DNA of 62,135 nt from Verrucomicrobiota bacterium (GTDB taxonomy: Bacteria; Verrucomicrobiota; Verrucomicrobiia; Limisphaerales; DSYF01). A program made the position numbers and the translations under genes. This document shows positions 19,169-30,537 of this stretch, in pieces (the first letter of the stretch is position 1; the number at the start of each line of letters is the position of its first letter). The notes beneath the pieces are model-generated. The model did not search any database and was not told the origin of the DNA. It saw nothing but the letters and a program-made list of their open reading frames with translations. The DNA lies in contig JBEGQI010000116.1 in NCBI GenBank assembly GCA_041181065.1, positions 1 to 62,135 on the forward strand, read 5' to 3'.

Positions 19169-20335
19169 TCAGGCTACGGTTAAGAGCAGAACCAACATGC
19201 CCATGATTCCAACGCCGGCGCATACCGCTGCCGCGATGGCTACCGGCGAGTATCGCGAAGGCACATTGTCCTGGGCTGGCGCGCCGAAGCGCTGAATTCT
19301 CGGCGGCGCGCCCGCGACTGCTTGTTCCGCACCCGGCGTGGAAACAATCGTCTCCACCTGCGTCTTGAGCACGCTGGCTTGTTGGAAGCGCAACTCAGGT
19401 TTCTTCTCCAATGCCCGCAGCACCACTTCGTCGAGGCGCACGTCGATGGCGACTTTCTTCGATGGTGGTTCGATACGTTTGCCGGGCAGCTCGCCGGTGA
19501 GCATCTGGTAGAACACCACGCCGAGCGCGTAGATGTCCGCGCGATGGTCCACTTCGCCCGGTGCTTGAATCTGCTCCGGCGACATGTATTGCGGCGTGCC
19601 CATGACGCGGTTGGCGTCGGTGATGTTTTCGGCGGCGGCTTGCGATTGTAGAACTCCACCTCCTTGGGTGATTGAATCGTCACAAACCGCCGCCATGATC
19701 TTGGCCAGGCCGAAGTCCGCGACCTTCACGCGGCCCCGGCGGTCCATCAAAATGTTCTCGGGCTTGATGTCGCGGTGCACGATGCCTTGGTCGTGTGCGA
19801 ATTGGAGCGCGTCGCAGATCTGCGGCACGATTGCCAGCGCTTCGTGCGGCGAGATGCGCCCACGCTGCATGAGCTGGCGCAGGTTCACGCCATCCACGAA
19901 TTCCATGAAGAAGAAGTAAAGCCCCTCAGCCTTGCCGAATTCGAACAACGTCACGATGCCGGGATGATTCAGCTTGGCCAACGCCTTGGCTTCGCGCGCG
20001 AAACGCTCAGCAAACGCAGGATCGTTGCCGATGCCGGGCGGGAGAATCTTCAGCGCGACGAGGCGGTCGAGCTGCTTCTGTCGCGCCTTGTAAACAGCGC
20101 CCATGCCGCCTTTGCCGATGAGTTCGAGGATTTCCAGCTGCGGAAACAGCGGCGCAATCTCCACCGCGGACGGCGGCGTGAAGGTCGGTTGCTTGCCATC
20201 GGTGACGGTGTCCTCGGTCGCGCCCGCTTGCAGCAGACAGGCAGGGCAAAGCCCGCCGAGCGCATCGGGCGCAAGCGGCGAGCCGCATTGTGGACATTTG
20301 CCTGCCATGTTCGGGTTGAACTTCACTGTGTCCAT
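19169..20335 (-). CDS. Hanks-type Ser/Thr protein kinase with N-terminal Zn ribbon
   Basis: CPQCG...[47 protein letters not shown]. Confidence 0.95.
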   Translation of the reverse strand: MDTVKFNPNMAGKCPQCGSPLAPDALGGLCPACLLQAGATEDTVTDGKQPTFTPPSAVEIAPLFPQLEILELIGKGGMGAVYKARQKQLDRLVALKILPPGIGNDPAFAERFAREAKALAKLNHPGIVTLFEFGKAEGLYFFFMEFVDGVNLRQLMQRGRISPHEALAIVPQICDALQFAHDQGIVHRDIKPENILMDRRGRVKVADFGLAKIMAAVCDDSITQGGGVLQSQAAAENITDANRVMGTPQYMSPEQIQAPGEVDHRADIYALGVVFYQMLTGELPGKRIEPPSKKVAIDVRLDEVVLRALEKKPELRFQQASVLKTQVETIVSTPGAEQAVAGAPPRIQRFGAPAQDNVPSRYSPVAIAAAVCAGVGIMGMLVLLLTVA

Positions 20336-20384
20336 GCCCAACCCAGAAGCAAAGCCGCGAATTCGTTACAGGAAAAAGTAAGCG

Positions 20385-22028
20385 CTATTTCGCCGGCATT
20401 GGCGCACCAAGCAGCGTGATGTTCTCCAGTTTGAACGGCACGGTAAACGTCTGCAACTGGTCGAAGACTTCGGCGACCAACTTGCCGTTTGCAGGAAAGG
20501 TTCCCTTGATTTCGTAGGTGAAGGTATAGCTGTTGCCGCCACCACCCCAGCCGCGTTGATCGAGCTCCGTTTTATTTCCATCAACCACCAGATACACCGC
20601 CTTCAGCGCGTCCTTGTTGACCTTCAACTTGAGCTCCAGTTGCTGTGTTCCCTTCTGCCAACCGTCCTTGATGGATTGGATTTTTGCGCCGAGTTCGCCG
20701 CCTTGAGCGTCCGCCTTTAGTTCGGTGAATCCAAGGTCAACTTCCTTCGAGCCGCCGGCCACGCTGTATTCCAAATGCCCGCTCAACTCCTTCAACCCTT
20801 TCACGCCGGGCCCGGGCGGATTCAACTCCACTTCCAGCACGGCGCCCGACTTGTCTTTCGTGAGCTTTGGAAAGCTGAAGCGTCGATTCCACTCGGACTT
20901 TGGCAAAAGATCGGAGCCGTCGTCCGCGATTGCGGAATCCAGCCCGCTCTTGTCCGTGATACCGAGCACACTGCCGGGCAATTCGGCGAGCAATGCGAGC
21001 GTATAGCCCGCATCGTAGTTGAATGGCCGCACCTCGCGCTGTTTGTCGGTTTCGCTCACGAGCCGCACGCCCACTACCTTGATGCTTTTCAACTCACCGC
21101 CTTTCGCCGGCGCTGCCACTTCGACCGGGCTGGCGCCCAACTGCTTCTTGATCTTCACGAACTCTGTTTTTGCCGCCGCGACTTCAGTCGCATAATCAAA
21201 GGCCGATTTGCCACCGCTGATTATGGCCCGGACCGGCGCCTTGCTGCCGAACATCACCGCCGCCATTTCATCGTCCATGTCCGGTTTATCCGGGCTACCA
21301 GCGTTGCCAAGGTTCTTCATGGCCCACACGTCGTCGTTCACAAGCTTGTCCATCGCCTCAACCATCTTGGCGCCATCGAACTTCAGGCCCAGCGAGCCGT
21401 TGGGGTCCTTGGTGAAGTTGGAGCTCTCCGCGACCTTTCCTGGCAGATGGAACGTCACCTCATGCTTCATCGCTCCCAAGATGCCGTTCATCATTGGTTT
21501 CATCTGCTGGAATCCGGCGCGTTCCTCCGCCAGCTTTTTCTTCCGCTCCTCAGGCGTGAGTTTTGAGTAATCCACTTTCTTCTTCTCCATCCGGAAGCCC
21601 TCCTTCTCACCGCTGGAATCACCCTTGTTCGTGCGCAAGGTGAGCACGCCGCCGTCGGCGGTCTTGTTCCAGTCAAACTCCAGCATCGTCTGGTTCGGCA
21701 GGTCGAGTTGCGAGAGCGCCTTGAAATACGCAGTGCCCTTGAAATACATCCGGCCATCGTCGAGCCGCTTGAAGCTCACGTCGCGCCACGCCTCGACTCC
21801 TTTCGCCTCCTCGACGATCTTGGCGACGGCTTCTTTGAGCGCCGCCTCGGCGCTCTCATTCTCGCCGCCCAGGTTCATGGACTGAAAGCTCGTCTCGTGA
21901 ACCACCTTGCCCGAGCCGTCGGGATTGAGCGTGAAGTCGTCCTTCGTATCGAAGCAGCCCGAGAGCAAAGTGGCCGCAGCCACGGCGATGACAGCGTTGA
22001 GAATCCTTGCGTGCATGATTTTCTTCAT
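20385..22028 (-). CDS. Lipoprotein of unknown function
   Basis: Lipobox LSGC followed by TLNPDGSG; strong codon bias. Confidence 0.8.
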   Translation of the reverse strand: MKKIMHARILNAVIAVAAATLLSGCFDTKDDFTLNPDGSGKVVHETSFQSMNLGGENESAEAALKEAVAKIVEEAKGVEAWRDVSFKRLDDGRMYFKGTAYFKALSQLDLPNQTMLEFDWNKTADGGVLTLRTNKGDSSGEKEGFRMEKKKVDYSKLTPEERKKKLAEERAGFQQMKPMMNGILGAMKHEVTFHLPGKVAESSNFTKDPNGSLGLKFDGAKMVEAMDKLVNDDVWAMKNLGNAGSPDKPDMDDEMAAVMFGSKAPVRAIISGGKSAFDYATEVAAAKTEFVKIKKQLGASPVEVAAPAKGGELKSIKVVGVRLVSETDKQREVRPFNYDAGYTLALLAELPGSVLGITDKSGLDSAIADDGSDLLPKSEWNRRFSFPKLTKDKSGAVLEVELNPPGPGVKGLKELSGHLEYSVAGGSKEVDLGFTELKADAQGGELGAKIQSIKDGWQKGTQQLELKLKVNKDALKAVYLVVDGNKTELDQRGWGGGGNSYTFTYEIKGTFPANGKLVAEVFDQLQTFTVPFKLENITLLGAPMPAK

Positions 22029-22106
22029 GCCCTAGTAAACGGAAGTTTACCTGCGAACCACAATTACAAACTCATGACGAGTTTCCAACCGGACGAAAGA
22101 AGACTT

Positions 22107-22493
22107 TCAGCCATTTTGCTTGCGATGCTCAGCGAGAAGTTTTTGAAACTCGGCTTCGCGGACTTCGGGCGGGCGCACCTCGTCGCGATGTTTGCGGAAC
22201 CAAAAAACAATGGCTACCCAGGCGCGCAAGTTCAGATGGGTGCCCAACGTCACGAGAGCAACAAAAAGACAAACGTTTTTCGGATTCCGAATCACAGTCA
22301 AATCCGCTGCCACCCACGCAAACGCCCAACCAAGTGGAAACGAAAGTGCCTGAGGGACAAGTTCGGAAAGCTGCCTGTAGTTACCCTCTTCGATCGAGTA
22401 TCCGAAGCAAAACGCCGCGATGATGAGCAAGGCGATGGTGATCCACCCTTGCGGCGTAGCAAATTTCAACCGTCGTGCTCGCTGGGAGTTCAT
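22107..22493 (-). CDS. Hypothetical small membrane protein
   Basis: 128-aa ORF filling the gap, with about three hydrophobic segments. Confidence 0.55.
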   Translation of the reverse strand: MNSQRARRLKFATPQGWITIALLIIAAFCFGYSIEEGNYRQLSELVPQALSFPLGWAFAWVAADLTVIRNPKNVCLFVALVTLGTHLNLRAWVAIVFWFRKHRDEVRPPEVREAEFQKLLAEHRKQNG

Positions 22494-22529
22494 GGAGACT
22501 GCCCGAGCATAATCCTAACCTTCAGCCTT

Positions 22530-23297
22530 TCAAGCCCGCCCAGCGTAGATGGTGTGAATCTGAGCGAGCACCTCGGGCTTGAGGCCGTTCTGAGCGAGGA
22601 TTTCGCAGAGGCGCGGGACTTCGGCTTCGTTGTGATATTCCATGATGATGGCGCCGATCTTCCCGAGCACGTCGGGCGAGGCCGCTTCGAGGATGGGTAG
22701 CTCGCTGCCTTCGCAATCCATCTTCAACAAGTCGCAGCGCTTAACGCCGCAATGCTGGAACAGCTCGTTGATGCCGACCGTTTTCACCGTGAGCGACTCG
22801 CCCTTCGCCTGACTCAAGCTGCACCCGGAATCGTCGCCGGGCGTGAAGTAGAGCGTGGCAGAACCGGATTTATCCGAAACCGCCGCAAGATGCGGCGTCA
22901 CGCGATGGCCAGGATTCAAGGCCAGATTCCGATTCAACTGTTCCAGATTGTTGGGAAACGGTTCGAACGCGTGGATGACGGCGTTGCGATTCATCGAGGC
23001 GGCATAGACGGCGAACAATCCCACGTTCGCGCCGACATCAATCACCACCTGCGCTTTGCGGACGTCGTCATTGACGCGCGAGTAGATGCCGAAGACGAAA
23101 ATCTCGAGGAAGATCCACCAGTCGGACGCGCCGCCACGCAATTCACAGCCGCAGCCGGACGAAGTGCGGAGCGTATAAGGCCCGCGCTTGCGGCCCATCG
23201 CGTCAGCCGCCAGCCGCGTCCACCCGCGCACGCCGAAGACCAGCTTCGGGATGGCGGACGCGCGCCGCAACGCGCCTTTGATGAATCCTGCTCTCAT
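22530..23297 (-). CDS. FkbM-family methyltransferase
   Basis: IDVGANVG, AFEP, LLKMDCEGSE, IIMEYH. Confidence 0.9.
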   Translation of the reverse strand: MRAGFIKGALRRASAIPKLVFGVRGWTRLAADAMGRKRGPYTLRTSSGCGCELRGGASDWWIFLEIFVFGIYSRVNDDVRKAQVVIDVGANVGLFAVYAASMNRNAVIHAFEPFPNNLEQLNRNLALNPGHRVTPHLAAVSDKSGSATLYFTPGDDSGCSLSQAKGESLTVKTVGINELFQHCGVKRCDLLKMDCEGSELPILEAASPDVLGKIGAIIMEYHNEAEVPRLCEILAQNGLKPEVLAQIHTIYAGRA

Positions 23298-23367
23298 GCG
23301 GGCGAAGTTATCGGCGGGGGAATTTGGCTTGTCAACGAAATCAACCTTCGTGAGCTTGTTTCAACTC

Positions 23368-24351
23368 ATGGCCAAGCGCGCTTTAATCACGGGCATCACG
23401 GGGCAGGACGGCTCCTATCTCACGGAGTTGCTCCTCGAACAGGGTTACATCGTGCACGGCCTGGTCCGCCGCACCAGCAGCCTCGACCGCTCGCGCCTGA
23501 ACCATCTCTACACCGACCCCGCCATCTACAACCAGCGGCTGTTCCTGCATTACGCCGACCTCGATGATCCGACCACGATGCGCCGCACGCTGACAAAGGT
23601 GGTGCCGGAGGAAATCTACCATCTCGCCGGGCAAAGCCATGTCGGCCTGAGCTTCGAGATCCCGGAATCGACGTGTGAGATGACGGCCATGGGCACATTG
23701 CGCCTGCTCGAAATGATCCGCGACCTGCCGACGCCCCCGAAACTTTTCCATGCCTCGTCGAGTGAGATCTTTGGTCAGCCTGAAAAACTGCCGCAGGATG
23801 AATCCACCCCGATGGCACCGGCGACGCCTTATGGTTGCGCGAAGGCGTTCGCGACGCAGATGATCGGCGTATACCGAAAGGCCTACGGGTTGTTCTGCTG
23901 CAACGGAATCCTCTACAACCACGAATCCCCGCGGCGCGGCGAAAATTTCGTGACGCAAAAGATTTGCTTAGCCGCTGCTGCGATCAAAGAAGGCCACCAG
24001 AAGGAACTTTCGCTGGGCAGCATGGATGCGCAGCGTGACTGGGGCGACGCGCGCGATTATGTGCGCGGCATGTGGCTCACACTTCAACAGCCCAAGCCGG
24101 ATGATTACATCTTCGCGACCGGCGAACTCCACTCGGTCCGTGACGTGGTGGAAACCGCATTCAAAGCCGTCGGGCTCGACTGGCAAAAGTTTGTGAAGCA
24201 AGACCCGCGTTTCATGCGGCCGGAAGAACCGACGCGGCTTGTGGGAAATCCAGCGAAAGCCGAGCGCGTGCTGGGCTGGAAACGGACTTCGAGCTTTGAG
24301 AAGCTCATCACCGACATGACGCTGAAAGCGCTGCGCGAGACTACGGCTTAA
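23368..24351 (+). CDS. gmd: GDP-mannose 4,6-dehydratase
   Basis: ALITGITGQDGSYL, QSHV..SF, YGCAK, NHESPRRGENFVT.KI, RDWG.A.DYV. Confidence 0.92.
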   Translation: MAKRALITGITGQDGSYLTELLLEQGYIVHGLVRRTSSLDRSRLNHLYTDPAIYNQRLFLHYADLDDPTTMRRTLTKVVPEEIYHLAGQSHVGLSFEIPESTCEMTAMGTLRLLEMIRDLPTPPKLFHASSSEIFGQPEKLPQDESTPMAPATPYGCAKAFATQMIGVYRKAYGLFCCNGILYNHESPRRGENFVTQKICLAAAAIKEGHQKELSLGSMDAQRDWGDARDYVRGMWLTLQQPKPDDYIFATGELHSVRDVVETAFKAVGLDWQKFVKQDPRFMRPEEPTRLVGNPAKAERVLGWKRTSSFEKLITDMTLKALRETTA

Positions 24352-25435
24352 CCACGCCTTCCAGCACGGCAATCGTCTGTCGGGCGCATTTCTCCCAAGT
24401 GAACGTCCGCGCGTGCGCGGCGTTGCGTTCGATGAGTTCGCGACGTTTGGCCGGGTCCAGTGTAATCATTCGCTGCATCTTCGACGCGATGTCGCCGATG
24501 TCCGCCGGATTCACCAGCCATTCATCATTCAGCATCAACTCCGGCAGCGAACTGGTGTTCGAAGTGATGACCGGTGTGCCGCAAGCCATCGCCTCGACAA
24601 CAGGAAAGCCGAAGCCTTCGTAGAACGACGGGTAGATCAAAAACTCCGCGTGATGGTAAAGGTTGATGAGCTGCTGGTCGTCCGCGTAACCGAACAGCTG
24701 GACGCGATCACTCAAACCGAGTGACGCGGCGAGATCGACGACCTCCTGCCGTTGCACGTCGTCAATCAGCCCGGCGATGACGTATTTCAAGGTGGTCTGC
24801 TTGGCAAAGGTCGCGAAAGCCCGCAACGCCCCGAGCACGTTCTTGCGCTTGGGATGTGTGGTGATGGAGAAGAAATATTTTTCCGTGATCAGCCGCTCAC
24901 CAACGTGCTTTGCGCCTTCAATGAACTGATCGCCCACGCCAAGATGCACGACGTGGATCTTGTCGGCAGGTGTGTTGTAGAACTTGATGATGTCGCGCTT
25001 CGTGTTGTGCGAGTCCGCGATGATGGCATCCGCCAGCTTAAGCGAACGCGGGATCTGCAGCCGGTAGTAAAGTTTGTGCTGCCAGCCGTATTGCTGCGGC
25101 AGCACGCGCGTGGCGAGGTCGTGAAAGGTCACGACGTATTTTACGCCGGGCAGCTTGCGCAAAGGCAGGATGTGCGCGGGCGCGTGATAGACATCCACCT
25201 TCGAACGGCAGATGAGACGCTGGACGCGGAAACAATCGAACTGCGCGGCGCCGAACAATCCAGGCGCCGCCGGTTCAACCAGCGTGGTGCCCAGCGTCTT
25301 ACGGTCGCTGGTCTGGAAGAACAGATACTCGTTGCGCACATCGAGTTCGAGGCACTTGCGGAACAAATACGCGACGTAGTTTGGCACGCCGGTGCCGCGT
25401 TCGAGGATGTATCGTGAATTGACGCCGATCTTCAC
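24341..25435 (-). CDS. GT4 glycosyltransferase
   Basis: TFHDL, KRKN, YPSFYEGFGFPVVEAMACGTPV, SLPE. Confidence 0.92.
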   Translation of the reverse strand: MKIGVNSRYILERGTGVPNYVAYLFRKCLELDVRNEYLFFQTSDRKTLGTTLVEPAAPGLFGAAQFDCFRVQRLICRSKVDVYHAPAHILPLRKLPGVKYVVTFHDLATRVLPQQYGWQHKLYYRLQIPRSLKLADAIIADSHNTKRDIIKFYNTPADKIHVVHLGVGDQFIEGAKHVGERLITEKYFFSITTHPKRKNVLGALRAFATFAKQTTLKYVIAGLIDDVQRQEVVDLAASLGLSDRVQLFGYADDQQLINLYHHAEFLIYPSFYEGFGFPVVEAMACGTPVITSNTSSLPELMLNDEWLVNPADIGDIASKMQRMITLDPAKRRELIERNAAHARTFTWEKCARQTIAVLEGVVKP

Positions 25436-25447
25436 GCGAAGTTCGGG

Positions 25448-28186
25448 TTAAGTCGTCTTGGCTTGAGTGGCATCGGATTTGGGCCGGCTGATGACCACAT
25501 AGCCGATAAGCAACAACGTTACAGCGATGCCGCCGAGCGTGATGTTCAACGCGCCCGCCGGGAGGCGGAACGTATAAACAACCGTGTGCTGGCCGGGCAC
25601 AAGCTTCACGCCGCGCATGAAGAAATTGGCTTTCAACAACTCCGCAGGCTGACCGTCCACGGTGACTTTCCAGTTCTCATCGTAACGGTCGTTGAGCAGC
25701 AGGATGGCGGGCTCCGTCACGTTGGCGGCAATCTCGACGCGCTTCGGTTTGTAGCCTTTGATCTCGACCGTGCCGGCGGAGATGTTCGTGCTGGTGCCGG
25801 GCGCAAGCTTGTCACTCATCACAATAACGGATTTATGCGGGTCGAACGACGCCTCGAAGAGGTTGCTGAGGATGAGCGATTCGTTCGTGCTGACGGTCCA
25901 GTTTGCATAAAGGCTGGCGCGGGGCAGTGCACCACGGAATTCGCCGATGGCATTGGCGCCATTGGGATTCGCGACCGCAGTGAGGTGTTCAAGCTTCGAT
26001 GTTTCGCGCAGACCCGGTTTCGGCGCGATATCGAAAGGCAGCTTCACGGCAAAGCGCCGTTGCACAGGGTCAATTTGCTGGTTCAGCATTTCAAAAATGG
26101 CTGCCGGACCGATGAGGTATCGGGTATTCGTCAGTTCCCAGCGGCGCAGCAAGCCCTCGTTCTGGTGCGCGCGCCAGGCGGATTCAAAGGCGGCGATGTC
26201 CTTGGGCGGGCGGGGCATTTGAATGACGTCCAACGACTGGATGTTGCGGTAGAGAAAGTGGTGTTGCGTCCATTCGATGCGATACATCTGGTTCAGCAGA
26301 TCGAACTGCTCCGGCATCGGGAACGGCAGCGCGGCGACGCGGTTCTCGTAAGGATGTGCAGAAAGGAATTCGATGACGGGGTTTTTGACGGCCAGGTCAT
26401 ATTTTTGGATGTAGTCCCAGTGGATGATGAAGTGGCTGCCGGCCCGTCCGAGGTCAAAAATCGTGAAGCCACCGAGCAGAAGACCAAACCACTTTGCACG
26501 CGTCCCGCTGAACGATCCACTCATGGTCAGAAACAACAATCCGATCGCCACGGCCAGCAGGACCACAAACACCCACGTGGACTCAATACTAAAAGTAGCG
26601 ATGGTCTTGCCAATTTTGCCCGGGAAGCCAACGACTGCGAGGAACGACTCCAACTTGGGCTGCGAGCCGGTATAAATGAAGGCGCCAAACAAAGCCGCGC
26701 CGAATAGCAGCAAGCTACCCATGACCCAGCCACGATCCGGGCCGCCCAACTCACCCAGCCAGCGAAACAGCCCGCGCGGAGTTACGCCAGGTGCAACGAC
26801 ATGGCGCTTCCAGAGACCGTTCAATCCATAGGCGAAAATGATGACCAGCGCAAAGTTGACGATGTAGAGAAACTTAGTCGGGTTGCGACTGACAGAGAGA
26901 AATTTTGATATTGGGGCAAGGCCGTATTTTACAGCCTCACCAACATATGGCATCTCGCTGAGGATTGGGACATAACCGTTGTAGATACACTTGTATAAAC
27001 CGGAGAATCGTCCCCATGACATGAGCAACGCCACGATGGCCACGACGAGCCAGAAGCCGATCAACTTGCGCTCCTGCGGTGAGTAGATGGAATCCTTCCG
27101 GCGCGCGGCCATGGTCACCGCCCAAGCGCCGACCAGCAACACCAGCACGCCCGTGTAACCCAGCGTGCCGGAGAATCGCGCCATCGCCTGCGGCGGCGGC
27201 CCTTTGCGTCCGTCGGCCAGATAGCCGTCCCACACAGGGTCGCTGCCAATCATGCCCCAGTAATTCGCGCCTTCGGGCGAATCAAGCCGGTAACCAAAGA
27301 TGCCGGGAACGGCCAGCGTAATGGTTTCCTTGGGCGGAAGGCTCCATTGTGTGGCCCATTGATAGTTGGCGGCTTTGCTCTGCTCCTTGTCCGCATCTTC
27401 AACGACAGAGACGTTCTTGATCGAGGAGCCAATCAAACCCGTAACAGACTGGAACGAAATAAACCCGGCCATGGCGGCGATTACGGCGACGCGAACGCCG
27501 CCGCCGATCAAGCGCCCCGCCACTGAGCCTTCCCGGTCGGTCAGCGCGTGAAAGATCACAAACGCCGCCACAATGACGCTAAACATGGCCCCGATGTCTG
27601 ATGCCTCGATGACGTTGACGCCCACCGCCATTCCAGCAAGCGCGATGAGCGCCCACTTGCGGAGCATCTTGGCTTCGGACTGCGCCAACACGACAAGTCC
27701 CATCGCAAGCATCGCCATACCGAAGGCTGTCGAATGAGGCGCAACGCCCCAGCAAGCGTCTGAGAGGAAGCATGTGTTCAAGGTGGCAGCCGTTGAGCCG
27801 ATCAGGCACGCGGCAGGTGCAAAGCCGAGCCGACGAAAAAAGAACCACGCGCCGATGCCCAAAACGAGTAGGCAAATGGGCGTGATGAATTTGGAATACC
27901 ACACCGCCCCCATGGCCATCCACAGGAATGACCAGATGCCCACCGGCGTATTGCCAGCGCTGTAACCAGTGGAGTTGAGGTCGATCCATTGGCCGGTGAT
28001 CCCGTCCTTGGGGTTCATCTGGTCGGCCATCAAAGCGCCGAGCGGACCGTCGTTGGAAAAATGCACGACACCCGGGAGGAAACTCTTCCAAAACAGGACG
28101 CTCAGCAGCAGGATCAAAAACACTGCTGCCGCCCAAAATTTGGCGCCAATCTGCAATGGGGCGCCCTGCGAATTGCCAGTCTTCAT
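25448..28186 (-). CDS. YfhO-like polytopic membrane protein (putative GT-C glycosyltransferase)
   Basis: More than ten TM helices and YfhO-like tail LLLND.Y..NWKVTVDG...AN..MRGV.L.PG.H.V. Confidence 0.75.
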   Translation of the reverse strand: MKTGNSQGAPLQIGAKFWAAAVFLILLLSVLFWKSFLPGVVHFSNDGPLGALMADQMNPKDGITGQWIDLNSTGYSAGNTPVGIWSFLWMAMGAVWYSKFITPICLLVLGIGAWFFFRRLGFAPAACLIGSTAATLNTCFLSDACWGVAPHSTAFGMAMLAMGLVVLAQSEAKMLRKWALIALAGMAVGVNVIEASDIGAMFSVIVAAFVIFHALTDREGSVAGRLIGGGVRVAVIAAMAGFISFQSVTGLIGSSIKNVSVVEDADKEQSKAANYQWATQWSLPPKETITLAVPGIFGYRLDSPEGANYWGMIGSDPVWDGYLADGRKGPPPQAMARFSGTLGYTGVLVLLVGAWAVTMAARRKDSIYSPQERKLIGFWLVVAIVALLMSWGRFSGLYKCIYNGYVPILSEMPYVGEAVKYGLAPISKFLSVSRNPTKFLYIVNFALVIIFAYGLNGLWKRHVVAPGVTPRGLFRWLGELGGPDRGWVMGSLLLFGAALFGAFIYTGSQPKLESFLAVVGFPGKIGKTIATFSIESTWVFVVLLAVAIGLLFLTMSGSFSGTRAKWFGLLLGGFTIFDLGRAGSHFIIHWDYIQKYDLAVKNPVIEFLSAHPYENRVAALPFPMPEQFDLLNQMYRIEWTQHHFLYRNIQSLDVIQMPRPPKDIAAFESAWRAHQNEGLLRRWELTNTRYLIGPAAIFEMLNQQIDPVQRRFAVKLPFDIAPKPGLRETSKLEHLTAVANPNGANAIGEFRGALPRASLYANWTVSTNESLILSNLFEASFDPHKSVIVMSDKLAPGTSTNISAGTVEIKGYKPKRVEIAANVTEPAILLLNDRYDENWKVTVDGQPAELLKANFFMRGVKLVPGQHTVVYTFRLPAGALNITLGGIAVTLLLIGYVVISRPKSDATQAKTT

Positions 28187-28225
28187 TATAAAAATCGGTG
28201 ATTACTCCAACGACCGCAGGTCAAA

Positions 28226-29047
28226 TCAGCGCCGCCAGCCGCCATACAGCGCGCCAGGCTTCGCATCCTCGGCCGAATACACGGAATCCTTGGACTTTGT
28301 GGCGCACACCACCACGGTATGAGCCCACGAAGGGAAGTAAGTCGCTAGCCAGGACCAATACTCGCCGATCACCGGCAGGTAAAACGCACTTCCCAGAGCC
28401 TTGGAAAAGCTGAAGCCGTTATTGTTCAAAACCATTTTGATGGTTTTAAGCGTGAAGTCGCGGTAGTGCGGCGCACGGTAACGCGCGGCATACATCGGCG
28501 GAAGGTCGAAGATTAGCAACATGCCGATGCCAAGGGCGGTGCGGACGTTCGGGTAAGTTAGCACTAAGGTGCCGCCGGGCTTCAGCACCCGATTGATTTC
28601 TGCCATGAGCCAGTCAGTGTCCACTTGATGCTCGATGGTCTCACCACAGAAAACGACGTCAAAGGTCTTGTCCGGATACGGCATCGGGCCGCTTTCCACA
28701 TCGTGGACTACGGCCTTCATGCCGATTTTGTTGGCGCGGGTTACCAACTCCTCGTTGATCTCGACGCCGTGGATTTCGTGCTTGTTTGCGTGGCACGCAA
28801 GCACGGTGCCGTTACCGCAGCCGATATCCAGAATCTTCCTTCCCGTAGGCATCTCGCCTATGAGTTGACGCACCTTCTCGATGCGCGGTCCCTCAAAGAC
28901 GTAGCCCTCATGATAGGCGCCAACGCCGGCAATTCGTTGTTGTTCAGCTGGTGTCATTGTGTTTTGGGCAAATCTGCCCGCGTATTTTGCAAGATAAAGG
29001 ACGAATGCCTTCTTGAAATCAAGCTTCCGTCCGAGTTTGGCTCCCAT
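28226..29047 (-). CDS. Class I SAM-dependent methyltransferase
   Basis: ILDIGCGNG, FDVVFCGETIEH, RVLKPGG; start uncertain. Confidence 0.88.
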   Translation of the reverse strand: MGAKLGRKLDFKKAFVLYLAKYAGRFAQNTMTPAEQQRIAGVGAYHEGYVFEGPRIEKVRQLIGEMPTGRKILDIGCGNGTVLACHANKHEIHGVEINEELVTRANKIGMKAVVHDVESGPMPYPDKTFDVVFCGETIEHQVDTDWLMAEINRVLKPGGTLVLTYPNVRTALGIGMLLIFDLPPMYAARYRAPHYRDFTLKTIKMVLNNNGFSFSKALGSAFYLPVIGEYWSWLATYFPSWAHTVVVCATKSKDSVYSAEDAKPGALYGGWRR

Positions 29048-29142
29048 GGAGGCATTGAGTTCATGGAACAACGCTTGCGCGAGGCAGAACACCAACACAT
29101 AATTACGGCTCCTTTTGGAACTTTGAAAACGCAAACTAAGTT

Positions 29143-30132
<990 letters not shown>

Positions 30133-30152
30133 AGATAAACCGATTTCGACGC

Positions 30153-30182
30153 AGGGCGGACGCGATGGCGTCCGCCCTTTTT
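30153..30182 (+). terminator. Intrinsic terminator after mdh
   Basis: AGGGCGGACGC-GATG-GCGTCCGCCCT followed by a T run. Confidence 0.85.
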
Positions 30183-30537
30183 GTTTGGAGGAACAACAAA
30201 AGGCCCGGGCCAGCACGGGGCCTCAACGACGAGCGACAACGCATGACCCCGGTCGACGCGCAAGGCGCCGACCGGGGCGGGTTGGTGGGGCGGAGAATGC
30301 GGGCGACTTTGAAACTGGACGTGACGTTGGTTTGCATCATGGAGCCTTTCAATTGTGTCGTCCGGTTCAGTAACGGGAGAAGCCGTCACACACCAGGAGG
30401 ATCGGCTTTGCCCTGCATCCGCTAACCGGCGCAGAACCTGCCGAACCGGACTTTGTTCACCGGTTACTTGGGCAAGCCGACAGAAAGGTGTCGGGGAGAA
30501 ATAAAAAAATGTTTCGACCAGGCGCACGACCGAATGC

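Noticed and set aside
19169-19171. Selenocysteine recoding of the in-frame TGA
   Set aside because: It follows a TM helix with no redox motif, and I see no clear SECIS hairpin directly downstream.
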